A stretch of 64,000 nucleotides of DNA from Octopus vulgaris (taxonomy: Eukaryota), in contig OX597824.1 in assembly GCA_951406725.2 (NCBI GenBank), positions 37,138,001 to 37,202,000 of the forward strand. Direction: 5' to 3'. Numbering within the stretch: the first letter of the stretch is position 1; each line of letters opens with the position of its first letter. The notes beneath the pieces were generated by a model. The model made no database searches. It was not told where the DNA came from and worked only from the letters and a program-made list of their open reading frames with translations. Below, piece by piece: positions 13,789 to 25,542 of this stretch. The translations under genes and the position numbers were made by a program.

Positions 13789-13980
13789 CTGTTGTCTGGG
13801 GAGAGTCATTCTCTTTTAGTGCCTTATTATTTAACACACTCACCGGTAAAATTTCCACTTATTTCATTTTTTTTTTAAATAAAAAAAAAAATTTAAAAAA
13901 AGAAAGAAGTGGAAATTTTACCAGTGAGTTTGTTAAATAATAAGGCACTAAAAGAGAATGACTCTCCCCAGACACAACAG
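13789..13980. repeat. Inverted repeat (~80-bp arms)
   Basis: CTGTTGTCTGGGGAGAGTCATTCTC... pairs with ...GAGAATGACTCTCCCCAGACACAACAG across an A/T spacer. Confidence 0.9.
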
Positions 13981-14390
13981 AATATGCTTCAACACACAAA
14001 CTCATATAAAGAATCTTGCAAACCAAATCCAAAAACGAAAGATGTATACAACATCCGATTAAAAGGAAATAATTAACTAAGAAAATATTTAACCATAGAA
14101 AAAAACGTCTACAATGGATACACAGTAAAGACCAAAGAATAAGAGGCCTCTTACTTTATTTCAATTATTGTAGCATTCCTCAACCACCATGTCTACTATC
14201 ATTTGCCATCCCACTACAGACACATATGATAGGCTTCTGTATAGTTTCTTTCAGCAAACTAAACTGCATTCACAAGATATTCTTTGCAATAAAGGCACTT
14301 ACCCAAAGTACTGAGCAATAAGACAAAGTAATCATGAAGCTAACTTTTAATCCCACAATCATGCCAGTGCTTTCTATATGTGTATTAGGG

Positions 14391-14635
14391 CGAGCTAATA
14401 TAAAGGCGGCAAGCTGGCAGAAACTTTAGCACGCCGGGCGAAATGCGTAGCTGTATTTCGTCTGCCATTACGTTCTGAGTTCAAATTCCGTCGAGGTTGA
14501 CTTTGCCTTTCATCCTTTCGGGGTCAATAAATTAAGTACCAGTTACGCACAGGGGTCGATGTAATCGATTTAATCCATCTGTCTGTCCTTGTTTGTCCCC
14601 TCTGTGTTTAGCCCCTTGTGGACAATAAAGAAATA
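14391..14635 (+). mobile_element. SINE family B, full length
   Basis: B-box GAGTTCAAATTCC, core GCCTTTCATCCTTTCGGGGTC. 16-bp TSD TATATGTGTATTAGGG (14375-14390, 14636-14651). Older copies at about 16875, 23490, 26800, 28170, 30165, 36500, 39966-40420, 42093 and 44590. Confidence 0.88.
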
Positions 14636-15245
14636 TATATGTGTATTAGGGGTACATTGTCTCTATAATATGAAAATTCAGATACTGTTTGTCAGCTGCT
14701 TGTGTTCCTTATTTTTAAACTAAACTACGCATTATTTTGTTAAAATATACTCTTAAACATAAGACCTTGTGCTTAAAAAAAGTGAAAGATATCTGAACCC
14801 TAAGAGCCTCAAAATAAAAGAATTTTCTTCATTTTTATAACAATGTATTACAACAAAAATTGTCAACATTTCTAACAAAGAAAATTAAAAAAGAATATGC
14901 AGGACCTCACAGACACACACATAACACAAACACATGTCCAGCCATGGGGAAATAGTATCTTGCTTGGAAACAGGTGAAGGTTAATGACAGGAAGGGAAAA
15001 TATACCTCAACAAATTCCAGCTGGTTCAGGCAAGCATGGGAAATGGAACATTATAAAAGTAATGATAATGATGATAAATATAATTCAAAAACTTGATCAT
15101 TATTATCATTTTTTTAGAGCTAGCTTCTTATTCATAAAATACTTGTAAAACTTTAATTCTAGATTAAAGACAACACCTTGTGCAAATCACGTCTATTAAT
15201 TGAATATATTTTCAACCAAACTTTAATTATCAGAAGCCTCATTAC

Positions 15246-15379
15246 CTTTAAGCTTCTACTTTTCAGTATAGCTTGTGCCCTAATTTTGTATCGTTCATAC
15301 TCTTCTTTCAGCTCACCAAGTTCCTTTTCATATTTCTTACAAAGAGAACAGTCAGCAACGAGATCATTGTAGACAATAT
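15246..15379 (-). CDS. GCC1: GCC1 coding exon 8
   Basis: DIVYNDLVADCSLCKKYEKELGELKEEYERYKIRAQAILKSRSLK (GCC1 LKEExERYKxRAQ motif). ttacag / gtaatg sites. Confidence 0.92.
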
Positions 15380-15741
15380 CTGTAATAAAAGAAGAGCAAT
15401 CATTTATTCAACAAAAAAAGAATTACTAGAAAACTGCCCATTTAAAAATTTTTAACAAATCAGTTTTGTTCTAAAAACTCTGAGAATTTCATTTTCAAGA
15501 TGAATCTTGAATAAATTTCTTTTAGTCAATAATAAAATCTTAAAAAAAAAGAAACCATAACATTTTTTTTCTCTTTTATAACACAAGTGCAAAGTGTAAT
15601 GCCAGAACGGTTAAAGTATCGATTTGCCATCATTTATTCTAGACTCTGTAACCTACAAGACAAAGATCCTTTGAGAGGAGAGGGGGTATTGGAGGAGGTC
15701 ATCTTGTGTCAGTAAAATAAATACACACTATACGTGTGTTT

Positions 15742-16266
15742 CAGTTCTATATTTAAGAGATGAGGAATTATGTACATTATTTATATTTGACGTAAAAGTA
15801 CCAACTACACTCTCAGAGTGGTTGATATTAGGAAGGGCATCCAGCAGTAGAAACTCTGCCAGATCAGATTGGAGTCTGGTTCGCCAGACCTCAGTCAAAT
15901 CGTCTAACCCATGCTAGCATGGAAAGCGGACGTTAAAGGATGATGATGATTTGTCCCCATCTTGTTTGTTGTTAACATGTTTTGGCTGATATACACTCCA
16001 GCCTTCATCAGGTGTCTTGGAGAAATTTTGAACCTGGGTTCTCATTCCTAAGGTATTTTTTTGATGTTGTTGCTGTTATTATTATTATTATTATTATTAC
16101 TATTATTATTAAGGTCACTGCCTGGAATCGAACTCGGAATTCTGGGGTTAGTAGTCCGCGCTCTCAACCACTACGCCATATGCCCATGGGCATATATCAG
16201 CCGAAACTTTGTGTTAACAAGAAACAAGATGAGGACAAATATCCGTCAAATATAAATATAATGTAA
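15742..16266 (-). mobile_element. tRNA-headed SINE-like element with hammerhead-like tail and inverted tail copy
   Basis: A box TGGCGTAGTGG (16168-16178), B box GTTCGATTCC (16124-16133), (AAT)n linker, CTGATGA core at 16005-16011. Inverted partial tail at 16191-16266. Interrupted by an RTE 3' fragment at ~15793-15950. Confidence 0.75.
15974..16016 (-). ncRNA. Degenerate minimal type I hammerhead ribozyme motif
   Basis: GACAC-CTGATGA-A-GGCTG(loop)CAGCC-AAAAC-ATGTT. The inverted sister copy (16198-16216) keeps CAGCC-GAAAC-TTT-GTGTT, which restores GAAA and stem I (GACAC/GTGTT). Confidence 0.6.
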
Positions 16267-16383
16267 GTAATGTATATACCTGTGTTTATCTTAATTTTTA
16301 TTGGCATAAAAACTCTCCCTAAAAATAACAGGATCAAAAATGTTAATCTTTAGAATTATCCAGGTTGTTTTAAATCAACTTAC

Positions 16384-16768
16384 CATTAAGTTCAAATGAT
16401 TTCTCAGTTTTCTGACTTAGCGCTGTATTTAACATCAACTTATATTTCTTGATTTTATCAACAAGTACCTGAACATCATTGACATCAGTGTCTTCTTCTA
16501 AATCTTTTTTCATATCTGGGATGTGAGCAGCCTGGGCTAGGGCCATATTCTCAGTATCAAGCTGAGCAACCCTTTCTTTAAGGCGCTGAATGGCTTGCTG
16601 GTCTTGTAAACGTAATCGTTCGTAGTTGCCCACCACCTCAGACAAATCAGAGAGTTTAGTTTCCAAACCAGAAACCCGTTCTTCACTTTGTTCTGCCATA
16701 TTATTCAAGCTGTCTTCGGCATCGTTGGCTCTTTGTTCTTCCTGATACACTTGACTATGATACTGAGA
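16384..16768 (-). CDS. GCC1: GCC1 coding exon 7
   Basis: SQYHSQVYQEEQRA...EERVSGLETKLSDLSEVVGNYERLRLQDQQAIQRLKERVAQLDTEN. tggtag / gtaagt sites. Confidence 0.93.
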
Positions 16769-17551
16769 CTACCAAACAAAGAAAATAATAAGTATATATA
16801 TATTGAGTTTGAAAAATTGAATTAAGTTTTATGACATAAAACCATAATGATGATGGTGATGATATGGGAATATCGGTTTCAAGTTTTGGCACAAGGCAAG
16901 CAACTTTGGGGAAGAGGTAAGTTGATTAGATTAACCCCACCCAGGATTCAATTGGTACTTATACAATCCTGATGGGATGAAAGGCAAAGTTGACCTCAAT
17001 GGAATTTGAACCCAGAACATAAAGACTGATAGAATGCCCGTAAGCATTTTGCCCAGCACAGTAACAATTCTGCCAGCCCGCCACCTTAATGATATGGAAA
17101 TATGATAACCTTTTTACAGTCAGATTGGTCAAGGGCCATTTACCTTCAGCCCACAAACAGTCTATACATTTCTATTCTATTTTGGTGACTGCCATGCGAG
17201 AGCTATATAGACGATCTTTGTTGCAATTTAACACACATGATATTTTCAGTATTAGACACCAACGAAAAACATGAAAAATACACAAAAACTTTCCAACCCC
17301 ACACACATACTAAATATTTAACAGCTCCATATTTTTAGGTTATGATGAAAGAAAGTGAAAGTAGCAGCAGCAGATGGAGAATGAAAACTGGAGGAAGGAG
17401 AGAAGAGAGCAAATCTCACAACAACCACAGAACAGTGTTGATGATTAGAATGATGACAGTTCAATCCCTCTTTAAGTAGCAATAAATAATTTTTTTTTAA
17501 ATATTATGAAATAGTCTTTACCTTGCTAAACTAAATCAGTTTATATAAATA

Positions 17552-17586
<35 letters not shown>

Positions 17587-18303
17587 CATGGCTATGTGGT
17601 AAGAAGCTTGCTTCCCAACCACATGGTTGCATGGCAACTTGGGCAAGTATCTTCTAATATAGCCTCAGGCCAACCAAAACCTTGTGAGTGGATTTGGTAG
17701 ATAGAAACTGAAAGAAGCCCATCATGTGTGTGTGTCTTTATGTTTGTCCCCCACGTCATCACTTGACAACCGGTGTTGCTGTGTTTATGTCCCATAACTT
17801 AGCAGTTCAACAAAAAGAGACTAATAGAATAAGGGGTTGATTTGTTCGACTAAAATCCTTCAAAGCAATGCTCCAGTCAAATGATTGAAATAAATAAAAG
17901 AATATAAATATGAATGTGTGTGTATTTATGCACACACAACAGGCTTCTGCATAGTTACCTTTTTATTGAATTCCATTCCTACAGCATTGGTCAACTCAAG
18001 GCTATTGTAGAAGGCACTTCCCCAATATACCTCATAGCTGGTCCAAAAACCCACAACCCCATGGCTGGGAAGCAAATTTCTTTACAATCATTTACATTCA
18101 TCCCAAAACTGTAGATTTAGAATTGAATAATGTAACAGCTATGACAAAGTTTGAATTGATCAGATATAAAGTATGAAGCTAACACCTTTACAACATAGCC
18201 AGACCCTTTCTAAGAGAGCTGCTTCATTTAGTATTTTCTAACAAAAAGTTGCTTTAACATACATATGTATGTATGTGTATATATATATATATATATATAT
18301 GTA

Positions 18304-18581
18304 TAAACACAAAAGAAAACTACCTTTAACAGGTAATTTTTACACGCAAGAAGAAGCAGTCAAACGACCAAAACTACATTTAATAGCAATTTTCGAAGGG
18401 AATGAAAAATATAAACTTTTACCTTGTTATTTTTTATTTTTAAATTAAAACTATAACAAGGTAAAAGTTTTTATTTTTCATTCCCTTCAAAAATTGCTAT
18501 TAAATGTAGTTTTTGGTCATTTTGACTGCTTCTTCTTGTGTGTAAAAATTACCTGTTAAAGGTAGTTTTCTTTTGTGTTTA
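18304..18581. repeat. Inverted repeat (~125-bp arms) within a (TA)n-flanked element
   Basis: TAAACACAAAAGAAAACTACC... pairs with ...GGTAGTTTTCTTTTGTGTTTA, ~20-nt spacer. (TA)n at ~18278-18300 and ~18678-18700. Confidence 0.9.
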
Positions 18582-18736
18582 AATGTCCACTATTTTATAT
18601 TGAGAATATGTTGTCTATTGACTATTTATACATGCTAGGTCACTGGTGGTGATATTTCTAAGAATATTCGCTACCCTATATATATATATATATATATATA
18701 AATAACACTTGAATATTGTCTAAAGTAATAACATAC

Positions 18737-18928
18737 CTTCAAGCTGGTTAATTCTTTTTGTAATTCAAGAAGTAATGGAGATGGTTGATTGGCCTTCTCT
18801 TCAGCAGCTTTCAGGCGATTCTGTAAGACCACTAATTCGTTAGACAAGTCGTGTATCCGCTTCTCATACTGCTCTGAAAGTTTATTGGCTTTCTCTTTAG
18901 CTTGCAATGCATTTTGGGATAAATCCAG
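18737..18928 (-). CDS. GCC1: GCC1 coding exon 6
   Basis: LDLSQNALQAKEKANKLSEQYEKRI...PSPLLLELQKELTSLK. aaatag / gtatgt sites, 192 nt. Confidence 0.9.
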
Positions 18929-19454
18929 CTATTTAGATAAAAGAAAAAAAAAAGCATAATAATAATAATAATCATAATAATAAAAATAAAAAGTGAATTA
19001 AAATTTTTTTCAAAATTCCCAAAAACACTTTACTTGAAGCCATCAGCTATTCCAAGTGACTCCCTATAAGAATGGTCCAGTTGCAGAAAACATGATGCTA
19101 CATGATGTATGAGACTGTGTCATATCCTCTGTTATAATTACCAATTCAACTATAATCAGGTTTTTAACTTCATTTCATTCTTAAACTATTCATGTTCTCA
19201 ATGCCATCTATCAGCAATCTTAACCTTTAGTTGATTTAATTCTCCCATTAAGTCTAGATATCTTTTCTTTTTTTTTCAGTTGACTACATTAGATTGCCAA
19301 AAGTTAGACAAATTTTATTTCTATTGAATGTAGAGATCTTAGAAATGCTATGCTTGCTGGATGCTGTACTAAGCTGGTCTCCTATGTCTTCTTATGGACA
19401 GGTTCTACAAATACAGTGTTGGACCATTTCACATGTGGAAATCTTAATTATTAA

Positions 19455-19756
19455 CTCTTTCGGGCTTCCCAGACCCCAGTTGAACCGTCCAACCCATGCT
19501 AGCATGGAAAGCGGACGTTAAACGATGATGATGATGATGATTTCGTTACCAACCTGGCTGAAACCGGCTCTGGCTCTGAGTACAAATGTCTTGTTTTCAT
19601 AAGTTTTGAATTAAAATCTTCCATCAAACCTTAGTCACAATTTATGGTCCTAATACTAGCTGAATGATAACTAAGTTATTTTACTAAATTCTTTGTTATA
19701 TTTAAAGTAATTGAAGAAACACAGAGCATCTCAAAATAAATACAGTAACGAAAGGG
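19455..19756 (+). mobile_element. piggyBac-like MITE (family 2) with nested RTE 3' end
   Basis: TTAA-CTCTTTCG ... GTAACGAAAGGG-TTAA. Nested RTE tail at 19463-19540 with TSD TTTCG. Related copies at ~27911-28136 and ~61380-61570. Confidence 0.7.
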
Positions 19757-20154
19757 TTAAACAAACTTTCTAAACATTTTAATTTCCATTTTCTAAAACT
19801 TGTGTAAATAATATTCCCTAATTACAAACTTCTGTAGTTTTTCAAAAAGTTCCTAACTGAAAATCTCCTAGCTGAGGTTCCACGATACGACAGATACAAA
19901 GAAAGGAAATGGAGTTATCCTGAACAACGGATAAGTGAATTGGACATTTTAACATGTTACTATTTCATAAATATTTGATGACATTTGTGACCCACTCACC
20001 CACACCCAATATTCTCATTATTCATCTGATTATTTACTGCAAATAGTTTCTGTCAACAAACCTGACAAATATTGTTACATTTCCTGAACATATCGCCAAA
20101 TGAATAGGAAGAATAATATATCATCGGTTCTATACATACACATGCAGACTGCTG

Positions 20155-20487
20155 AGACCCCCTTCGGTCATGAATGACCATGGGATTGCACCTAGAAAGT
20201 TACCCTCCTAGGCACAAGTCCAGGCAAGGTTGTTTATGGAAGACCAGCAGTCACCCATGCATACCGGCCTCCCCTCTCCACACCACCAGTGTTATCCAAG
20301 GGAAGGGCAAAGGCCGATACAGCTTGGCACCTATGACGCCGTAACTCATTTCTATAGCTGAGTGAACTGGAGCGATGTGAAATAAAGTGTCTTGCTCAAG
20401 AACACAACATGCAGCCCGGTCCGGGATTCGAACTCACAACCTAACAATTGTAAGCTCGACACTCTAACCACTGAGCCATGTGCCTTC
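20155..20487 (-). mobile_element. SINE family D (tRNA head)
   Basis: A box TGGCTCAGTGG, B box GAGTTCGAATCC on the minus strand. Plus-strand copies at ~31012-31350 and ~37871-38205. Confidence 0.85.
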
Positions 20488-20679
20488 TCACATGCAGACT
20501 ACATGATATATATATATACATATCATCATCATCATTTAATGTCTGTTTTCCATGCTAGCATGGGTTGGATGGTCTGACAACAGCTGACAAGGCCAGGAGC
20601 CATAATAGGTTCCATTGTCTATTTGGCATGGTTTCTACCGAGTGTACAGGGTACTTTTTATGTGGCACCAGCACAGAAC

Positions 20680-20720
<41 letters not shown>

Positions 20721-21363
20721 CACACACACATAAATTTATAAATTTGTAGTGTAATATATGGATCTATAGAATCATATGGCCATCACTGAAAGCTCCTCTA
20801 GTAGACTCAGCTAATCCAATACAGAGGCGTATAATGCAGCTGAAATCCAAGAAATCCAATAACTCTTAATGAAATATATATATAATTAATAATTAACCAA
20901 ACTGATTTAATTAAATTAAATTTTATGCTATAAGCAAGAAACTGAAACAGTTGTAGGTCATGTTAATGTATTAATAAATTTTTATTAATCTTTTCTCCAT
21001 CTTCTCTCTTGGTTTTTATAAATATGAGTGAGTAGAGAAATGAAAGAAGGACACTCAACACATTTATTGTGAGTTACACTTATGGACCAAGGAGTTGAAT
21101 TCAAACCCCTGAGTTTCAAGGCTGAAGACTAACCACACACTTGAAACTCAGAATATCAAGGAGTTTGAATCAAACTGTTTTTGATCCATGCTCGAAATAC
21201 AAAAGTAGAAAAACAACTAACAACTGTTGAAGGTTCATCTTTTCTGTTGTTTGTCTTGTTTTCCATTTGTGTCATTCGTTGTTCGAAAGAATAGTTCATA
21301 TTCCAGGTACTCGTTCTTCGTATTTTTTGTTGTACACATTTTGTGACATCCTGTGCCCACATA

Positions 21364-21404
<41 letters not shown>

Positions 21405-21407
<3 letters not shown>

Positions 21408-22078
21408 ACTTATAAACAAGGGCAAAAGAAAATTATTTCTATGCCAATATGCTGGTAACAGACTTTTAAATCGTCAATTTTTTTTTTAAATTCTGTTGGC
21501 TAGCTTTCCTTGATTTCAGCACAACGTATTTCTGTAGTGGGTATATAATAACATGTGGAAATTGACGATTTAAAAGTCTGTTATCAGCATATTGGCATAG
21601 AAATAATTTTCTTTAGCCCTTATTTATAAGTTGTTTATAATTTTAACCTTTAAAGGTATTTTGATATGCTGTCACTTTTTTGATGAAATTTTTTTCTGTA
21701 AAAAAACTTCATCCTATATTAGTATATAAAATAGTAGTCTCTATCATTATATATAATTTAAACTTTAATTTCCTTTATATTTAACATTCACTATTATTAT
21801 CCCTACTCTTTCTGTAAGCTACTTATGACGTTATATCATATAACGTTTTTTTAAACAATATTAATAGCATTCTGTCAATCGCTATACAAATCCATCATTT
21901 TTTGCTAAAATGTCTTATTGACGAGTTTCGTTTTTTTCACTTTCCTGAAGAGAAGATTGCATCGTTTATACCATTTATTCTTTTGAATAATATCAGTGGA
22001 ATTTTTGAAACATGTGTTGAAAGTAAAAATATTTGATTTACACCTGCGTTAAACTCCATTTATTTATTTATTTATTCA
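21405..22078 (+). mobile_element. Penelope-like element terminal (pLTR) remnant in (TA)n
   Basis: Flanked by (TA)n on both sides. Inverted ~75-bp copy (21405-21480 vs 21558-21635). Hammerhead motif near the 3' end. Confidence 0.6.
21939..22024 (+). ncRNA. Type I hammerhead ribozyme motif (Penelope-like-element type)
   Basis: Stem I ACTTTC/GAAAGT, core CTGAAGA, stem II GAAGATT/AATTTTT (with GU pairs), GAAAC-ATGT-GT stem III with palindromic loop, GUU cleavage triplet at 22016-22018. Confidence 0.7.
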
Positions 22079-22326
22079 TATATATATATATATATATATA
22101 TATACTGTTCTGACATCATATCTAATCAGTCGTCTCTGCATCCTCCCCTATATCTTATGAAATAGCCAATTATTTATGAAACAAGTTGAGGGAACTTAAC
22201 TTGAACCCCATCACCATCTGTGGCTATTTCATGAGATGATGTCTTTAACAGACAAACATTATGTGCAATAATCTCTGAGGTTTTTAAGAGTAAAACAAAA
22301 GAAAAACATCCACATCAAACGCTTAC

Positions 22327-22455
22327 TTGATATTCAAGATCTTCCCTGGCAGTCCGCTCATCACTGACAAGTTTTTGAAGTTCCCGTAACATAAAGGCAT
22401 GATCTGTTTGCTCCAGTTCTCGCTCTCTTTGCTGAGACCGAAGTTTCTGTTTTAG
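22327..22455 (-). CDS. GCC1: GCC1 coding exon 5
   Basis: LKQKLRSQQRERELEQTDHAFMLRELQKLVSDERTAREDLEYQ (GCC1 EQxDHAxMLRELQKL motif). ttacag / gtaagc sites. Confidence 0.93.
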
Positions 22456-24604
22456 CTGTAATAAGAGTTACAACAATAATCACAGTTTTTAATCATTAAT
22501 GATGCATCAACATTAATGGCCGCGGCCTTCGGGCTAAAACATTTTTAAGGATTAATAATTCATGCAGCATCAATGATGCTACATGAATTAATGTTAATTT
22601 TTTTCACTCTCTTTCTACATGTCAGATATATCAGTTTGACAAAGCTTTGATAATTCTTTGAAGAATAAAGCACAGAACTAATGAAGAAACAAAAATGGGC
22701 AGAATTTTGTTTCATGCATGCCATATAATTCCTCATAACTTTTTTATTTTCATTTTTATTTTTGGTATTTTCAGGAAATTTTTGCAAATTTGTGTTCTAT
22801 TACAGAAATTCATACAATTATGCAAAGCGAAAAAATATTTTCTGGTGCATGATTTAAGGTCTATTTAGCTGTTATTTTTAGCAAATCTTATGACCACCCC
22901 ATACCCTCCTCATTTGTCAGTTTGACATACTGATGCCTTTCAATATCTTCCTCTTCATAAACACATTTAATGGTCTATTCTGGAATACAAGTCAAAAATT
23001 TGGACTGTCCATATTTTAAACTGACTTCAAAAGAAAAATTTGAAAAAAAATCAACCAAAATATTCTTCAAAGAAAAATTTTTCGAAAAATTTTTTTAAAT
23101 ATTTTTTTATATAGGCATGTGAATTCCTGTGTAGAATACAAATTCACAAAATTTTAAAGCTATGAGGGGTTATATGGGATGCTTAAAGTAGAATTCCACC
23201 CAAAAATGAGCAACCATAGGCTAAATTTATCAAAGGCATTTTGCAGTCTAATTGGAAAAAATATTTACTTGTGTTGCAATTTCTTCTGTTTTTTTTTTTA
23301 ATAAATTTTACTTCCTGTGATAGTTTCCAGCAAACCAGGGACACTAGTTATTCATTTGCTTAAAGCCAATAAAATTAAAGTTAAGCATTGACTCATAAAA
23401 GCCTCTTGAAGATATTTATGTTTTATATACCAAATATCAACTCCAATCTTTAATAACTTATAAAAAATACTAAAATACATATTAACTTTATATTGGTTTC
23501 AAATTTTAAAGCAAAGCCAGCAATTTTAGAGGAAGTGGGTAACTGGATTACATCAACTCCAGTGCTCAAATGGTATTTATTTTATCAAGTACAAAAGGAT
23601 GAATGGTAAAGTTAACTTTAGCAGAATTTGAACTCAGAATCTTAAAGACAAATGAAATGCAACTAAGCATGTTGCCCAGTGCAATAACAATTCTGCCGGC
23701 TCACTGCCCTTGATAACTTTATATGAAAGCATTGCAGATTTTGCTTTAAGGTATATAGTATATAAGAACATCAATAACCACAGATTTTTAACAAAGCAGA
23801 TCAGTGAAGGATTACTTTGAACTTCATAATAAAAAAATAAAAATTAAACAAGCTTAGTTTTATACTGGAGATCCCTTAAATAGGAATAAATTAAACTGTT
23901 GGCACCACACCTCATTCTATTATGTTCTGCTGACAACACACTCCCTTACTTTGCTTCCATCATCATCAACATTTAATGTCTGCTTTCCATGCTGGCATGG
24001 GTTGGATGGCTTCACAGGAACTGGCCAGGCCAGTGGCTCACCAGGTTCCATAGTCTGTTTTAACTTGGTTTCTATGGCTGGATGCCCTTCCTAATGCCAA
24101 CCACTTTACAGGGTGTAGTATTGAATGCTTTTTACATGGTACCATCACCCACACCAGTAATTTTTACATGACACTGCTTTACATCAACATTTCAAGGACA
24201 ACACAAATGAGAGTTTTGTTTCCAAAATTATTTTTCCATCTTGTATGGTAGGGCAGTGTTTTAAACTTTAGACATTTGCATTCAACAGGAATAAAAGTAT
24301 TTTCCCAACTGGATGCAATTCATGATGCTAATCAATCAACCATAATCTACTTAAAGTTGCTGTTGGCTACAGAGATTAAAAGCAAGCAGAGTTATGTATC
24401 TGTTTACAACACAATTACATTGTATGTTGTATAATAATGGGGATATTTCACAGAGAATCAATAATTTAGGGTCTTTTAAACTAAAATTTACATATTATTA
24501 ACTCTTTCACATCACAGTTACCCACGAATAATGTATCTCAGCTGTATGTTAATAATATGAAGATATAAATAAAATGGTTTTGTTCTTTTATCAATGACAC
24601 TTAC

Positions 24605-24694
24605 ATCCTTGATAATTTCATCTTGTCCTTGCTGTTTTAGATTAGATACTTTTTCATTTTCTTCTAGCCGTCTCTGGAGATCTTCATTTTCTGT
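24605..24694 (-). CDS. GCC1: GCC1 coding exon 4
   Basis: TENEDLQRRLEENEKVSNLKQQGQDEIIKD, coiled-coil-like. aattag / gtaagt sites, 90 nt, phase 0-0. Confidence 0.85.
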
Positions 24695-24899
24695 CTAATT
24701 GAAAAGAAATGGAAGACTGTTAATTACAAAACTTTATAAAGGTATGTCAAGTTGAATGAAAACAATTCATTACTACACAACATAGTTTGTGGAAATACTT
24801 CAGAATGCTTACTATGGTGTCATCAACAACAACACAGTAACTTACTATTAATGGTTATTGACTTATCATTTATTGCAGCATCAGAAAAATATCTCAACT

Positions 24900-25212
24900 A
24901 AAATTGTATTATCAACGTGACTGACCAGGCTATCAGATGTTGCTACACATCATTGGTCACAATGCGTTTTGCATTGCTTTAGCCTTCAAATGACACCACC
25001 CCGCTGGCTAAGTGAGCAGGCCAGCAGAAGAATGAGTGAGATAAAGTTGTGGAGAAAAAGTACAGGAATCGCCACCACCCCCTGCTAAAGCCTCGTGGAG
25101 CTTTAGGTGTTTTCGATCAATAAACACTCACAACGCCCAGTCTGGGAATCGAAACCGCGATCCTACAACCGCGAGTCCGCTGCCCTAACCAATGGGCCAT
25201 TGCGCCTCCACA
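24900..25212 (-). mobile_element. SINE family E (tRNA head)
   Basis: Minus strand reads GGAGGCGCAATGGCCCATTGGTTAGGGCAGCG...GGTTTCGATTCCC. Body related to 46436-46662. Confidence 0.75.
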
Positions 25213-25354
25213 AAATTGTATTAGATTTCACACTTATCAACTTCACATGTGCATTATTTATAAAAGTAATTTTTCTACTATTTATAATTTCAAACCTAAT
25301 TAACCAAGTTTTGTACTGGCTACATTACTTAATATAGACCAATAATTCGAAATA

Positions 25355-25542
25355 TTCAGATTATTTTGTAGGAAAGCAGTGGATTTCATTCCTATCACAT
25401 TCAACTTTTCAAGATGAATAAAAATAAGGCTAGTCAAGTACTGAAGGGTTCAGATTATTTTGTAGGAAAGCAGTGGATTTCATTCCTATCACATTCAACT
25501 TTTCAAGATGAATAAAAATAAGGCTAGTCAAGTACTGAAGGG
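25355..25542 (+). repeat. Perfect 94-bp tandem duplication
   Basis: 25355-25448 is identical to 25449-25542. Confidence 0.92.

Noticed and set aside
13735-13809. N-terminal extension of the 301-aa ORF (MTLPRQ...LLQ)
   Set aside because: This is intron sequence upstream of the acceptor at 13735-13737.
16112-16185. Possible tRNA gene (also the heads at ~20420-20487, ~25140-25212 and ~31012-31080)
   Set aside because: The A/B boxes run straight into repeat bodies and no convincing full cloverleaf forms. These are SINE heads.
21108-21151. CTGAAGA...GAAAC inside the hairpin CTGAGTTTCAAG/CTTGAAACTCAG as a fourth hammerhead
   Set aside because: No adequate stem I or stem II can be drawn. A simple hairpin explains it.
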